From contig CAIIXF020000001.1 in assembly GCA_903813345.2 (NCBI GenBank), positions 21,638,001 through 21,702,000 on the forward strand: a DNA stretch of 64,000 bases, given 5' to 3'. Source of the DNA: Owenia fusiformis. Taxonomy: Eukaryota. Each line of letters begins with the position of its first letter. Position 1 is the stretch's first letter. Under the pieces are notes generated by a model. It worked only from the letters and a program-made list of their open reading frames with translations. It was not told the DNA's origin and did no database searches. Position numbers and translations under genes: made by a program. Shown here piece after piece: positions 1 to 13,674 of this stretch.

Positions 1-1769
1 CTTGGGAAATCAATGTAATTTTGGATAAGCTTTAAAATGATATATGACACATACTAGGGAGACATTGGCACATGTCTGCCTAGAGGGGGTCCCATAATTT
101 CAAGACATCCTGTATCGACCATGCACTCATTTGTTGTTTATGAATATCATATTTGAATGGCATCTTCCCTGGTAAAAAATTAGTTTTGCTGGTTTGATTT
201 GAAAGTATATGAACAAATACATCTTAAGGGAGTTCCGATGAGCAAGAAAATATCAGGGAAAATATTGACCTTAAGGAATTGACCAGCATTTTGGAAAACC
301 TTATTTTATGTAAGAACTAGAAATGAAGTGTTTTCTTGTTGTAACGTTCTGGACTCTAAAGTAAATAACATTTAATATCTATCTAATTCAATCTGACATC
401 AAAGCATGAAGAGGTAGTTATAATTCTTGTATGTTTAAAGAAAAACACTTGTTCAACTCATCAACTTGTTGTAATACACAAATACTACTTGTAGATTCTA
501 GATGAAAAGATTTGTTGTAAAAGCTTCATATGTAACTCAGTAAATACTCTGTACATGGCGGAATAGATGCATCAAATATTCAGATAGCATATTTATTCAT
601 TTACAGACTGCATATGAATTCCAACAGAGGCCGCAGAAAATATAGGTCTTGTTTTCAGACGCTAGGATGGTGGCAACAATTTTAATAAAGGGCCTAATAT
701 GATAAAATATCACCATCTTAAAGTTATTGCAAAGTTACCAAAAATGCAAATGATTACAATGGTGTTAGAGACACTAATAAAACGTTGACCACTGACTGAC
801 AGTCACCAAAATGGTAGCAATAACAATTATTGGTAAAAAACTTGGCACAAGTAAATAGACTCTGTAGGGTAAAGAATAACAAAAACATTTTCAAGAAGGT
901 AGTGGTTAGGTAGGCTGGTCTAAAACCAGAAAGCTTGGTGACCAGCAACGAGAATTTTTTCCGTCTCATTGAACGAATAGATAATCTCCTCCAGTGAGTT
1001 ATAATCAAAAATAGATATAAATTCTATGTATACTACTGCAGTGGGTACAATAATTACTGACATTGACATCCTAATTATATCTTGACAATGTAAACCATGA
1101 GACTGTTGTGGAGAGATATATTATTTTCATTGTCAACCACAAAAGGAGGTCTATAATTAACTTCATATGTGGTGTAAGGTTAAATATATAGTGATGTGTT
1201 TATATAGAATTAAATCCTTTAAGAAGACCACTAAGACGAACACTAGTGCAAGATGGCCAGAAGAATACTTTTGTAACTAAAGCACTTGGAATACAGAATA
1301 CTACAGTATATAATAACAAGGCATTAACACACAAAATGTCACTACCTGCCATTTGTTACAGACACCAGCCAGATGCCCTTCACATAAAAGTTGGGGATAA
1401 TGCAAATTGAATACCTCCATATGGGTGGAACACTTCAGAGTCCCATGACTCAATAGTAACTTAATGTTAAATTAACCTCAGGCAGTAGAACACCTCCAAA
1501 GTGGAACACTTTAGAGGTATCAATGGTGTTCTAATACAGGCTTTACCAAATGACAAATGATTAAAATAGCCTGATCAGCTTGTCCTAATGCTCCCATTGA
1601 AGCTTCACTTATCAGTAAAATCTGAAAAATAATTTTACTGGCTATATTGATATTTAAGGGTAGCAGATGTTAAAGTTTGATGAATTATTCTACAAAGTAT
1701 TGGTAATTCTCTCAAAGGTCAACTCAAACTATCGATAGCATCATAGTATGTTGATATGAAGTCTCAAGC

Positions 1770-2005
1770 AGGATGATATTATAATTTCCCATGATATTAT
1801 AATTACCTAGGATGTTATAATTTCCTATGATATAATGATTTCCCATGATATCATAATTACCCGATTTCCCATGATATTATAATTTCCCATGATATTATAG
1901 TTATCTATGATGTTATAATTTCCTATGATATTATGATTTCCCATGATATTAAAATTTCCCGTGATATTATAATTACCCATGATATTATAATTTCCCATGA
2001 TATTA
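1770..2005. repeat. Minisatellite, ~18-19 bp unit (ttataatttcccatgata)
   Basis: About a dozen degenerate tandem copies are visible. Confidence 0.9.
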
Positions 2006-2853
2006 TTCAGGAAACCAAATAACCCCTTCCAAAAACTTGATTATATGAATTTTGACATTTGGTGTTTCTCTGAAAGTATTTCACATTTTAAAATACAATG
2101 CTGTAGATTGATACTCCATGTGCCTCCTATCTTCAAAATGTATTCCATACCAAATGAGGTTCCTGTCCCTCAGGAGGAACACATATTTCCTTTGTAAAAC
2201 TGATACATTTTGGGCCAATCCAAGCTTTCAAAAAAATGATCTAAACAATATATATTTATTGTAATTGTTGTGGTTAATTTACTAATAAAATGCTATTCCG
2301 CATTCAAATTCAAATCAGCTTTATTTTCGAAATAAAATGCTATGTCATATATCCGTTCTACCACGATCCCTAAGACATAAGAGTATTCTACACTTTGATA
2401 AAATACTTCAATTATATATAGTGTTTTCAAACCCAAATCCATCCATTATATCTGATTAATTATTTCATTCAATATTCTGGTCATGCAAGAAGATATCAAA
2501 TCATCCCTCAGGATAAACCCAATATACAATCCCTCCTGGTGTATAACCTCTATTTATACAAGGTAACAAAGTCAGAGAAATACATACAGATAAATGATAC
2601 TGAATCTCAATCCACTGACATGTAAACAAAATATGACATTGAATCGAACTCACCATTTAACGCTTCATTACATCCCAGATACACAGTCTACATATTACTA
2701 ATGCACAGAATATCCCATAAAACTGCCTTCATCTGTTAAGCATTTATTCCATATGGATTCATCTGGCTATTTATTTCATTATTCTAAGCGATGTGGTAAG
2801 CGTACATGTAAATTGGTATCTTTTATTTCTTGGTTACAGAGCAGTTATAAGTA

Positions 2854-3016
2854 CAGTAAAACCTGTGTATCCAAACATCTCTGTAATCTGAACACCTCTC
2901 TGTATGAACACCTTTTTTCAGTCCCATTTTTTAACCAGCCATAGACTTCCATGTTAAAAAAGTCCCAACACTTTTGGCTGGTCCAAGTGACGTTCGGATA
3001 AGACATGTTTTACTAT
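2854..3016. mobile_element. Short MITE-like element (cagtaaaacctgt...acatgttttacta); related copies near 4519, 39948-40110, 40245-40370 and 52715-52908
   Basis: Imperfect terminal inverted repeats, internal gaacacct motifs, dispersed related copies in the window. Confidence 0.6.
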
Positions 3017-3741
3017 ACTCTATTTTTACATGGAGTCAGGGGGCTGCCATAAGATCTCCGAGGACCTAAACCTTTTACCGACTAATAGGTCACCCAGAAT
3101 ATTGAGGTAAATTATATTAAGCTTGAATGTCTGGTGATTCTTGTAGTCTAAAACTTTGCTGAGAGAAAATAGGTGTTCAAAGCAGAAAAGATACTCTGGG
3201 CCCATTTGCTTCCAAAAATGCTATTCACCTGCATCAGAACTATTCAATGGTCTCTCGCATAGAAATATCAAATGTTTCCAATTGTTGTTATTTGATGAAA
3301 ACATGATTAGAAATGTGGCATATGAAACATGTATATTATCATGCAGCTTCAATAACAAAAACCCCATAAAACACCATTTTATAGAGCTTTTATGATTTAA
3401 TTTAAGGCAGCATGTTATTTGACCCTGTGCAAAAGATGTCAGTTTTAATATAAACAGGATAATTGATATACAAACTTATACCTGGTATTATGGTGATTCT
3501 ATACATGCCTGAAGTTCAAATACAGGGCATGTTTTGTGAATTATATATACAGATAGAAACCTTGAGAAAATTATATATATCACTCATATATACAATATTT
3601 TGGACGAGTAAATCGAATCTATAAAACTGTAAATAACTACGAATAATCAATAGCAGACATTTAGCAATGATTAAAACTAAACTTATGAATACTTTCCCAA
3701 GTACTTCTGCACTTACAATTACTACAGTAAAATCTGTTAAT

Positions 3742-4040
3742 ATGAACATCTCACTTCTCCAATATGAAAACCTTACCTCTCCATTGTTAAAATCTCACTT
3801 CTCCAATATGAACACCACACCTCTCCAATATAAACACCCCACCTCTCCAATATGAACACCCCACCTCTCCAATATGAACACCCCACCTCTCCAATATGAA
3901 CACCCCACCTCTCCAATATAAACACCCCACCTCTCCAATATGAACACTCCACCTCTCCAATATGAACACCCCACCTCTCCAATATGAACACTCCACCTCT
4001 CCAATATGAACACCCCACCTCTCCAATATGAACACCAAAC
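3742..4040. repeat. Minisatellite, 22 bp unit (ctccaatatgaacaccccacct)
   Basis: Near-perfect tandem copies. They explain the repetitive ORFs at 3773-4062. Confidence 0.95.
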
Positions 4041-4682
4041 CTATCCAATGTTTACAAAACAATAATCTTATTCAAAATATTCACATTGTAGGATCAACAG
4101 CCTATATTCTTTCTTGGAGGACAAGTATTATATAAAGAGGAATAAGTGATTTATTGATAACATTCATCCCATATATGTTTCCCCCATATATCCCCCATAT
4201 ATGTTTAACAAAGATGATGGGGTGGATGGATAGGTATATAAAGGTTCATGTAAGACTTGTAATTATGCTCCACAGTTTTGTTGCATACCTGCTCAAATAC
4301 TTCAGTCATAAATAGTGAGTTTACGTCAGTGAATTCTTATCAAATTTTTCACCTGTTTATATATCAACCGTGGAAGAAACATGCCCTTGTAGCAGCATAT
4401 AAGATGCAGTTTGTAATAAATACTGACTGATGTTCCCTCTACCTGTCCAAACATTTTGGCAATTACAACATGATCTCTATAAATACATGTAATGTACATG
4501 TAATCATCTGTGCTAGTACAGTGAAACCTGAAAGTTGAACAAATTCAATAAATAGAACATTCGAAGTCCTGAACACCTCTCAAATCTGAACATCTCTCAA
4601 TGAAAGTATTTTTAGTCCCATTTTTACTCTGCTATATAATAGAGACTCTGAGAAATATCTCAAAACTTTAGTCAGCTACTAA

Positions 4683-5261
4683 CTGTCCCCTCAGTTTTAT
4701 GCGATTACACGCCTGCAGCACAATTCCGCATATTTTACCTTTGCCCGCATAATCCACACACAAGCCCATAAAGTTACATAAAAGACAAAAATCCCCACTT
4801 ACTTGCCATAAATGCCAACTCGACCATTGATTAATAGATTAACCTGGAATGAATATGTGTTACTGGAACAGTTCCTTATCAAAATAATAACAAAATTAAA
4901 AGAAATCATAGTTCTATGTTCAAAACTTTTTAGCGAAGCTCAGCGATGGGGTGCATTTTGCGGAACAACGATCCGGATCCGGCAGTTTATCTCACTGCAC
5001 CTATGCCATGTCTTTGTTCAGTTATATATATCATGAGAATATATGTTATATTATTTCGAAACAAGAGCTATTAACAGTAGCTTTATTTTAAATCTAAGAA
5101 CTGCTGATATGACTATGATACTGATCCTAACTGTGTTAAATCGATCGCATATTTTTGCATAATTCAACAAAATGAAAATCACATCAATTTGCATAATATC
5201 CAGAATTTTAAAAATTCCATCGCATAGTTTGAGATATTTTTGCATAAAACTGAGGGGACAG
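4683..5261. mobile_element. Non-autonomous DNA transposon (MITE) with ~20-bp perfect TIRs
   Basis: ctgtcccctcagttttatgc ... gcataaaactgaggggacag, flanked by the direct repeat tactaa. Confidence 0.85.
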
Positions 5262-5699
5262 TACTAAGGAGCAACATTTTGGAAATCTATCATCAAGTTT
5301 ATTCTACTTTTTGTTCCTTTATTTCTGATATTAGGTTTACAAAACAATATCACCATGGGATTAATATCACTAACTTTTATTAGTATATTCATCTCAGATG
5401 TTACAAGCTATCATTCATTTGAGGCAATCAACTCTAATGCGATATCAGCATCCCGTATCTCCTAATGAGCAAAAAACATGAACGTTTCATTGATGCCATT
5501 CTGTAATGCTTTAATAATGTTCACCACAATGACAATTGCTCCAGTCAGCCAAGCATTGATTCATCACATTTACCATGTAGCCAACAGTTTTTCAATTGGT
5601 ATTCATGAAGGATGACATTGGAATGAATTAAGTGCATATAGGATGGGAGTAGTCATATAGTTTATAGCTATTTTGGTTGTTTAAAGATTGGGTAAATAA

Positions 5700-7131
5700 C
5701 CAGAACAACGGCAACGCCAAAGCGTAGCGAATCCCATCGAACAGAAATGGCTGGCATTTTTACAAACGAAATATACAGCAAATATCATAAAAACACACCA
5801 GAAAGGCCACCATTTTCAAAATGGTTGCTCACTAGCCAAGTTGTCATCAGAAGAAATAATATGCTTTTAAGTAGCCACCTATAAAATTTTTGAAAAATCG
5901 CACACATGTACTTGTAAAATAACACACATAAAAATGGTGGCCATTTTTCAAAATGGCCGACTACACCCCAAAGTTTTATTAGACAATGTGCCATGCTTAG
6001 AGTATTCACATATCAAATATGAACAAAATCGCTCCACTACTTTTCAAGTTATAGTAAAAAATGTAAAAATGACAGCCATTTTTTAAAAATGGCCGCCTAC
6101 TATCTGAAGTGTCATGAGACAGTGTGCAATGCTCGTAAGTATTCACATATCAAATATGAACAAAATCGCTTCACTACTTTTCAAGTTATAGTAAAAAACG
6201 TAAAAATGGTGGCCATTTTTCAAAATGGCCGCCTACTACCTAAAGTGTCATTAGACAGTGTGCCATGCTTTTAGTATTCACATTCCAAATATAAACAAAA
6301 TCGCTCCACTACTTTTCGAGTTATAGTAAAATAACGGCGGCCATTTTTCAAAATGGCCACCTTCTAGCAAAAGTGTCATAGGACAGTAGGCCATGCTTAT
6401 AGTATTCGCATACCAAATATGAACAAAATCGCTCCACTACTTTTCGAGTTATAGTAAAATACATTAAAATGGCGGCCATTTTTCAAAATTTTTTTTCAAA
6501 ATGGCCGCCTTGTACCAAAAGTGTCATAGGACAGTGTGCCATGCTTATAGTATTCACATACCAAATATGAACAAAATCGCTCCACTACTTTTCGAGTTAT
6601 AGTAAAATACATTAAAATGGCGGCCATTTTTCAAAATGGCCGCCTTCTACCAAAAGTGTCTTTAGACAGTGATCAATGTTTATAGTATTCACATACCAAA
6701 TATGAACAAAATCGCTCCACTACTTTTCGAGTTACAGCAAAAATCGTAAAACAACGAGTAAAGGCCGCCATTTTTCAAGATGGCTGCCATGTGCTTTTTT
6801 AATATCTAGATTAGTAGCTTTATTAATGTCCTTTATAATTTTTTTACACTAAAAACATATTGCTATTACAGTTTTACATATTGCACCTAAATTACTGTAA
6901 AATCGGCACTAAAATGGCCGCCATTTTGAAATGAGCGGCCATTTTGAAAATCAGCTTTCGAGCAGAACTCCTACCCCCATAGGGTATATGTGTACAAAAT
7001 ATGAACAAAATCGGGCCAACGGTATTTGAGTTATTGCCCGGACGGACGGACGGACGGACGTACGTACGGACGGACGGACGGACGGACGGAGGCGTTCCCT
7101 ATATCCCTCCGAACTTCGTTCGATGGGATAA
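5700..7131 (-). mobile_element. Helentron-associated non-autonomous element (HINE/DINE-1/pearl-like) with an internal ~120-bp tandem array and a GGAC microsatellite
   Basis: Subterminal IRs atcccatcgaac (5731) and gttcgatgggat (7118), short terminal hairpins, central repeats (tattcacataccaaatatgaacaaaatcgctccactactttt...aaaatggcggccatttt), (ggac)n at 7040-7090, A-run flanks. Confidence 0.8.
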
Positions 7132-9746
7132 AAACTGTTTTCACTAACAATAAAACATTACGAGGCTTGTTCCAGTTCAAAATAATTTTAGTTTAATGCT
7201 GGTAAGATTTCATAAAAGTAGCTGTCATGGCCTTTCATTGGAATATGGATATGACTGGTATAACAGTGACAATGCTATATTATATTGCAAAGCCTGGCAT
7301 GACAGTGGTAATGTTAAAATTGATGAAATCAGTGCCACCTATATATGAAGGCAGAAACATGCAATGACAGCAATTCTGATTAGGATATAAGAAGTAGATT
7401 CTTTTTGCATCCTGGCAAAATCCAAATCATGCAAGGGTCCAAAGAAAACAAACACAAACTCAAGAAAAAACACAAACTTATTTGCTGAGAAATGTATACA
7501 TTTCTTCTGATTCTGATTGAACGAAATGCGATGGTACTTTCAGACCCTTGTGATTGCTATTTGGATGTGTTTGTTTTTTCTGATTTACTCAAAATCGTGC
7601 AAGCAAGGGGACGCAAAACAAAGAATCTACTTCGTATGGCCTTAGGTAGCTGTATTTTGATCACGTTTAGCATTAGGGAGGTTAAAGCTGCAAGTTAATA
7701 AAATAACTTGTAAGTGAATGTGTAATATAATGACCTCTGGGAATACTGTCTCCCTTGGGTGGTTTTTAATTTTCTGGAGAATTTATTCCAACTTTTAATA
7801 CTTTATTCTCAGTGTGAGAACCTAATGTACAAGCCCATCTGGAGGGGAAGGGTGTTGAGGGCAATCACCCCCCCCCCTCCCTTTTTTAGAGATTTGTTTT
7901 CAATGATGTAAGTACATCTCTCAGATATGCTCAGAATATACCAGAGAGGGTCCAAATTCTTCATAGGGGGTATGCCTCCAGACCCCTTTAGCTTGTGGCG
8001 CTACGCAGAACTCCTACCCCCATAGGGTATATGTGTACAAAATATGAACAAAATCGGGCCAACGGTATTTGAGTTATTGCCCGGACGGACGGACGGATGG
8101 ACGGACGTACGTACGGACGTACGTACGGACGGAGGCGTTCCCTATATCCCTCCGAACTTCGTTCGATGGGATAAAAACTGTTTTCACTAACAATAAAACA
8201 TTACGAGGCTTGTTCCAGTTCAAAATAATTTTAGTTTAATGCTGGTAAGATTTCATAAAAGTAGCTGCCATGGCCTTTCATTGGAATATGGATATGACTG
8301 GTATAACAGTGACAATGCTATATTATATTGCAAAGCCTGGCATGACAGTGGTAATGTTAAAATTGATGAAATCAGTGCCACCTATATATGAAGGCAGAAA
8401 CATGCACTGACAGCAATTCTGATTAGGATATAAGAAGTAGATTCTTTTTGCATCCTGGCAAAATCCAAATCATGCAAGGGTCCAAAGAAAACAAACACAA
8501 ACTCAAGAAAAAACACAAACTTATTTGCTGAGAAATGTATACATTTCTTCTGATTCTGATTGAACGAAATGCGATGGTACTTTCAGACCCTTGTGATTGC
8601 TATTTGGATGTGTTTGTTTTTTCTGATTTACTCAAAATCGTGCAAGCAAGGGGACGCAAAACAAAGAATCTACTTCGTATGGCCTTAGGTAGCTGTATTT
8701 TGATCACGGTTAGCATTAGGGAGGTTAAAGCTGCAAGTTAATAAAATAACTTGTAAGTGAATGTGTAATATAATGACCTCTGGGAATACTGTCTCCCTTG
8801 GGTGGTTTTTAATTTTCTGGAGAATTTATTCCAACTTTTAATACTTTATTCTCAGTGTGAGAACCTAATGTACAAGCCCATCTGGAGGGGAAGGGTGTTG
8901 AGGGCAATCACCCCCCCCCTCCCTTTTTTAGAGATTTGTTTTCAGTGATGTAAGTACATCTCTCAGATATGCTCAGAATATACCAGAGAGGGTCCAAATT
9001 CTTCATAGGGGGTATGCCTCCAGACCCCTTTAGCTTGTGGCGCTACGCAGAACTCCTACCCCCATAGGGTATATGTGTACAAAATATGAACAAAATCGGG
9101 CCAACGGTATTTGAGTTATTGCCCGGACGGATGGACGGACGGACGTACGTACGGACGGACGGACGGACGGAGGCGTTCCCTATATCCCTCCGAACTTCGT
9201 TCGATGGGATAAAAACTGTTTTCACTAACAATAAAACATTACGAGGCTTGTTCCAGTTCAAAATAATTTAGGTTAATGCTGGTAAGATTTCATAAAAGTA
9301 GCTGTCATGGCCTTTCATTGGAATATGGATATGACTGGTATAACAGTGACAATGCTATATTATATTGCAAAGCCTGGCATGACAGTGGTAATGTTAAAAT
9401 TGATGAAATCAGTGCCACCTATATATGAAGGCAGAAACATGCAATGACAGCAATTCTGATTAGGATATAAGAAGTAGATTCTTTTTGCATCCTGGCAAAA
9501 TCCAAATCATTTCTGGAGAATTTATTCCAACTTTTAATACTTTATTCTCAGTGTAAGAACCTAATGTACAAGCCCATCTGGAGGGGAAGGGTGTTGAGGG
9601 CAATCACCCCCCCCCCTCTCTTTTTTAGAGATTTGTTTTCAATGATGTAAGTACATCTCTCAGATATGCTCAGAATATACCAGAGAGGGTCCAAATTCTT
9701 CATAGGGGGTATGCCTCCAGACCCCTTTAGCTTGTGGCGCTACGCA
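6962..9746. repeat. Tandem triplication of a ~1043-bp unit (6962-8004, 8005-9046, 9047-9746); the third copy has a ~340-bp deletion
   Basis: Each unit starts gcagaactcctacccccataggg. Copies are near-identical with a few SNPs and microsatellite differences. Confidence 0.95.
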
Positions 9747-11199
9747 CCCTAGACACTCTGCGTGGGTGTGTTGGACGCGCAATTCCTCCGTACCCAAAAG
9801 TCACCCACTTTGGACGGGCCTGCATAGATTTACATGAAGCTCTCTTTTAAACAAGCAAAATCAATCTACTATATTGGAAAGGGTACATTTAAACATACTC
9901 AAGTAAACATTACGAGACGGGGAGAACTAATCCCTGGATGATCATAATTCAAGACACGTAAAAGTTCTTTTGAAAACATGTAGCTTAACCTTACCTTCCT
10001 ATTGTCTTATTTCACATTTGTACTTGAAAAGATTATTTTCTTTCATCTTTAGGTTAAGTATTTTTCAACAAAACAAATGTTACCTTCTAGTTTATTTTCT
10101 CTTTCATCTCCATCCTCTCTAAAATCCAATTTATTTTAGCAGGAATTAACGACCATGACTTCTCTCAATCAACTTCTAATTGAAAATACCACAATAGTTC
10201 ATTCATCAACTCCCAGGAACAAAATTCAGTGTTGCCTTGACCATTACATAAAACAAAGAGTGGGTAATGATAACAAAAGACAGTAACGACTAAGAACAAT
10301 ATAGGGTTAACACTTTTAAGTCCAAATGACAGCCAAAAAGTCAGCATTATCATTAAACTGAGAATTAAATGAGAAGCAGGGCTATATCTGACGGTATCAC
10401 AATTTTATGAGGGGGAAGCTTTGTGTTTCAGTTATTCATTGAAAGTTATCTGCATGATGCATAAGTTTGTGTTCATAAGATGAACTATTTGTGTGATTTG
10501 AAATATGTCCTTTTCTTGCTTGTGAGACAGTTATAAACATTTGTTTCTCCTTTGACAGATAGCTAGTGATACTTTCTTCTCCTTTGAGAGATACAGGTAC
10601 CACTATGCTATATTGACTTGCTTCTTTGAAAGATTACCAGATCAATATTCCCATTTAAAGATAAAGCAATAAATAGATATTCCTCTGAGAGATAACCATA
10701 ACCTTGAAGAGATTAAGTTAAATACATTTTCTCATTTGAACGCTCATCATCAATACTTGTTTAGCCTCTGAAAGATACTCAGAACATGATCATTCCAATC
10801 ATAAATCATTTCTGAGGTAGCATATCAACTACATATTATAATAATTATGATACATTGAGTAATACTTATAGAGCATGTACATACCAGTAACATGTACCTA
10901 TAGTTGCTGGAACTACATGTGTACTGGTTGATATATCATAACACAAAACAAGGTGGATCAAAAACTAATTAACATTTCACATATTACAACCCTGTTACTA
11001 TAGCAATGTTAAAAAGTGCAATAAACTTGACTGATTAATGGTAGTTGTTTTAAGAGTTCACTTTACCCTTACAAAGAGTGATTACAACTATCTCATCCTC
11101 TTCATTACTGATAAATCATTGATTTCAAGCCAATCAAAGTCTGTGTCCCTGAAAGACAGTTCTCTGTGTATAGAAATAGAATGTGGCTATAGCATGCTC

Positions 11200-11358
11200 T
11201 CTGATTGGTTGAATGTGAAACTGTAGAGCTCTCTGATTTGTTGAATATGAAACTGTAGAGCTCACTGATTGGTTGAATGTCAAACTGTAGCACTCACTGA
11301 TTAGTTGAATGTTGAACTGTAGAACTCACTGATTAGTTGAATGTCAAACTGTAGAGCT
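11200..11358. repeat. Short minisatellite, ~30-35 bp unit (tagagctcactgattggttgaatgtgaaactg)
   Basis: About 5 degenerate tandem copies. Confidence 0.8.
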
Positions 11359-13674
11359 AGTTAGAGGGAAGTATAATACATCTAGCTGCTATAATCAGGG
11401 TAAGAGAAATTTCCCGAAAGCTCATAGCTCTTGTTTATATTTTTACACAAAGTATTCGGTTTTTGCCATGTGTAATATTATTTATTTGATGAATTCCAAT
11501 GTGTACATCATAAAAATGTCAACACAGCTCAATAAACGGAAATTTAACAGATCATCAGATGATTTGTGTATCTCTATCATGGTACTAACCAGACCTCATA
11601 ATACTACCATGCATTTGCTCAATGGTATCTACATTGCTAAGGTAATAGGGGCTGCGTGTTTAAGCAAACTGTTGGTATGATCAGGTCAATGTGGAACCTA
11701 CAATACTCACAGTTAGATCCCGGGAAGGGGTGGGGGGATGTGGAGGGTTAGATGATTAATACCTGTGTATGCACTTATCCCAGAGAAGGAAAATGGGGCT
11801 CCAAATAATCAAATCAAACAATTCTGACGAAAAAGTTTATTTTTCTCAAAATCAAAATATATGCAGTTTATATAAATGAAATTACAAACAGATAACCTTA
11901 TAAACCTTGGTCCCTAAGGGAAAAGCCTCTCTGCCTCCTAACTTAGCTTCAAATTATCAATGCCTGTGGCCCTGCCTTTGGTATGAAGAAAAGTAGGAAA
12001 GTCATGTTAAAAAGTAAATCTTATCCTTACCTTATTTATATCCAGGTATGCATATATCCCATCTGATACTTTAACTATGAAGAAAGATTCTTCCAGAAAT
12101 TACTCTGGCTTTATAATGAGCGTATAAAAGGTTTAACATCACAAGTTATGATCAGAATAGTTCTTAATTTATAAATTTAAAACATAAAAGAAAAAATGAA
12201 AGTCAAAAATTGAACGTTTAGTCAGATCATACCATTTAAAAGTACAGCATGACTCACATAAACAAAAAATGTCAACAAAATAAAAAAACATCAGCAATAT
12301 TTTAGTCCTCTAGTGGAGTATCATGTAAACAAACATTATGTCTGATGTCAGAACAACCCAACTTAATCAAATGTAAAATAAAACAATTCCTAACTCAAAA
12401 TAGTATTCTAGTAGTCTGAGCAGTACAAACTAAGGTAGTTTTATGGGTACTATTAGGAGTAATAACAAGGCATTAACATGCAAATTGTTTCCACCTGCCA
12501 TTTGTTACAGATGCTGAACTCCGGATGCTGACAGCGAGAATGCTGAACACTGTCCACAAAAAGGTTGGAGACCATAACAATATGTCACCACTTGTTGTAT
12601 AAAAGCCATGCTCTGATAGGTAAGAAGGAAACAGTTTTCATTTTTCAAATGGCACCATTCAGTTGGCTCATATTGTGATCTCTAAGAGTAATTTTAAACA
12701 AAAAATTGATGTTTCCAAAATAAAGCAGAAGTAGGAGCTGGGACCAAGAGAAAAACACCCCATTATTGACCCTTATAAGTGGATATGATCATTAGTTCAT
12801 TAATTCAGACACAGCGAGTTTTCATTTGTCTGACAATTGTTGACTGACAGATGGATAGGTGGACGAGTGGGCAATTCCATAGGCTCACTTTAACAAGACA
12901 CACGATGATAAATATGGCACTTGGAAGTCAAAAATGGTCACCGGCATGCCCAAAACCTAATCAGATCTTGGCACTAGTTTACTCTTACATCTGTAAAAAT
13001 TTAAGTTGAACTTAAGTGATTTTCCTTTGTGACCCAGTTTGATGACATTGACAATCGACTTTGAAAATTTAACTTTCCAGGCCTCAGTACATCTGAGTAG
13101 ATCATATCGGTCAACAGACCTAGCAGATCGATTTTAGGTAGCAAGATAACTTGTGGAGCAGGGTTCTAACTTTAGTGGAACCCAGGGGAAGTTGAGTTTC
13201 AGCATGGGCTTTCAATTCTAGTTGAAATCCCATGGTTTCAGCAACCTTTTTGATCTCACAATGCCTCTATTCTAGTACGAAAAATGTCCTTTTAGTGTCC
13301 CAAAGTTGATTAATAACAAGTTCTAGAAATTAATCTAGCTATTTCAAAGTCAAATGGATCAAGGTAATCAATATATGTTTATTTTCCAGAATAAATCATT
13401 ACAAATAACATTACAAATGAACAAAACTTTATTCTTTTGTTGAACGTTTTGACAAGACTTAAAATTGAATAATACTCCTTGAAATCAAATGTTCAGCTTG
13501 CTACTTATACTGTTATGAAGAAATCTAATTAATATACCATGGAGCCATCCCAGACATGTATATTATAATTCTTCCACCTACCTTGGTATAGCTTTCCTTT
13601 ACACGTATGTTGTAATCCTCCAACTACCTTTGTAAAGCCATCCTTGCAGTTGGTAAAACTATCCTAACAATATA

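Noticed and set aside
3482-3508. Possible 27-nt phase-1 microexon of the ORP1L-like gene (cag|GCATG...CCAG|gtataa)
   Set aside because: It preserves frame, but the pyrimidine tract is weak and the peptide is unrecognisable. Such a match is expected by chance in a 21-kb intron.
3773-4062. Repetitive ORFs in three minus-strand frames
   Set aside because: Translation of a 22-bp minisatellite; not a gene.
7492-8741. Two near-identical 68-aa ORFs
   Set aside because: By-product of the 1.04-kb tandem duplication. The region is deleted in the third copy and has no recognisable domain.
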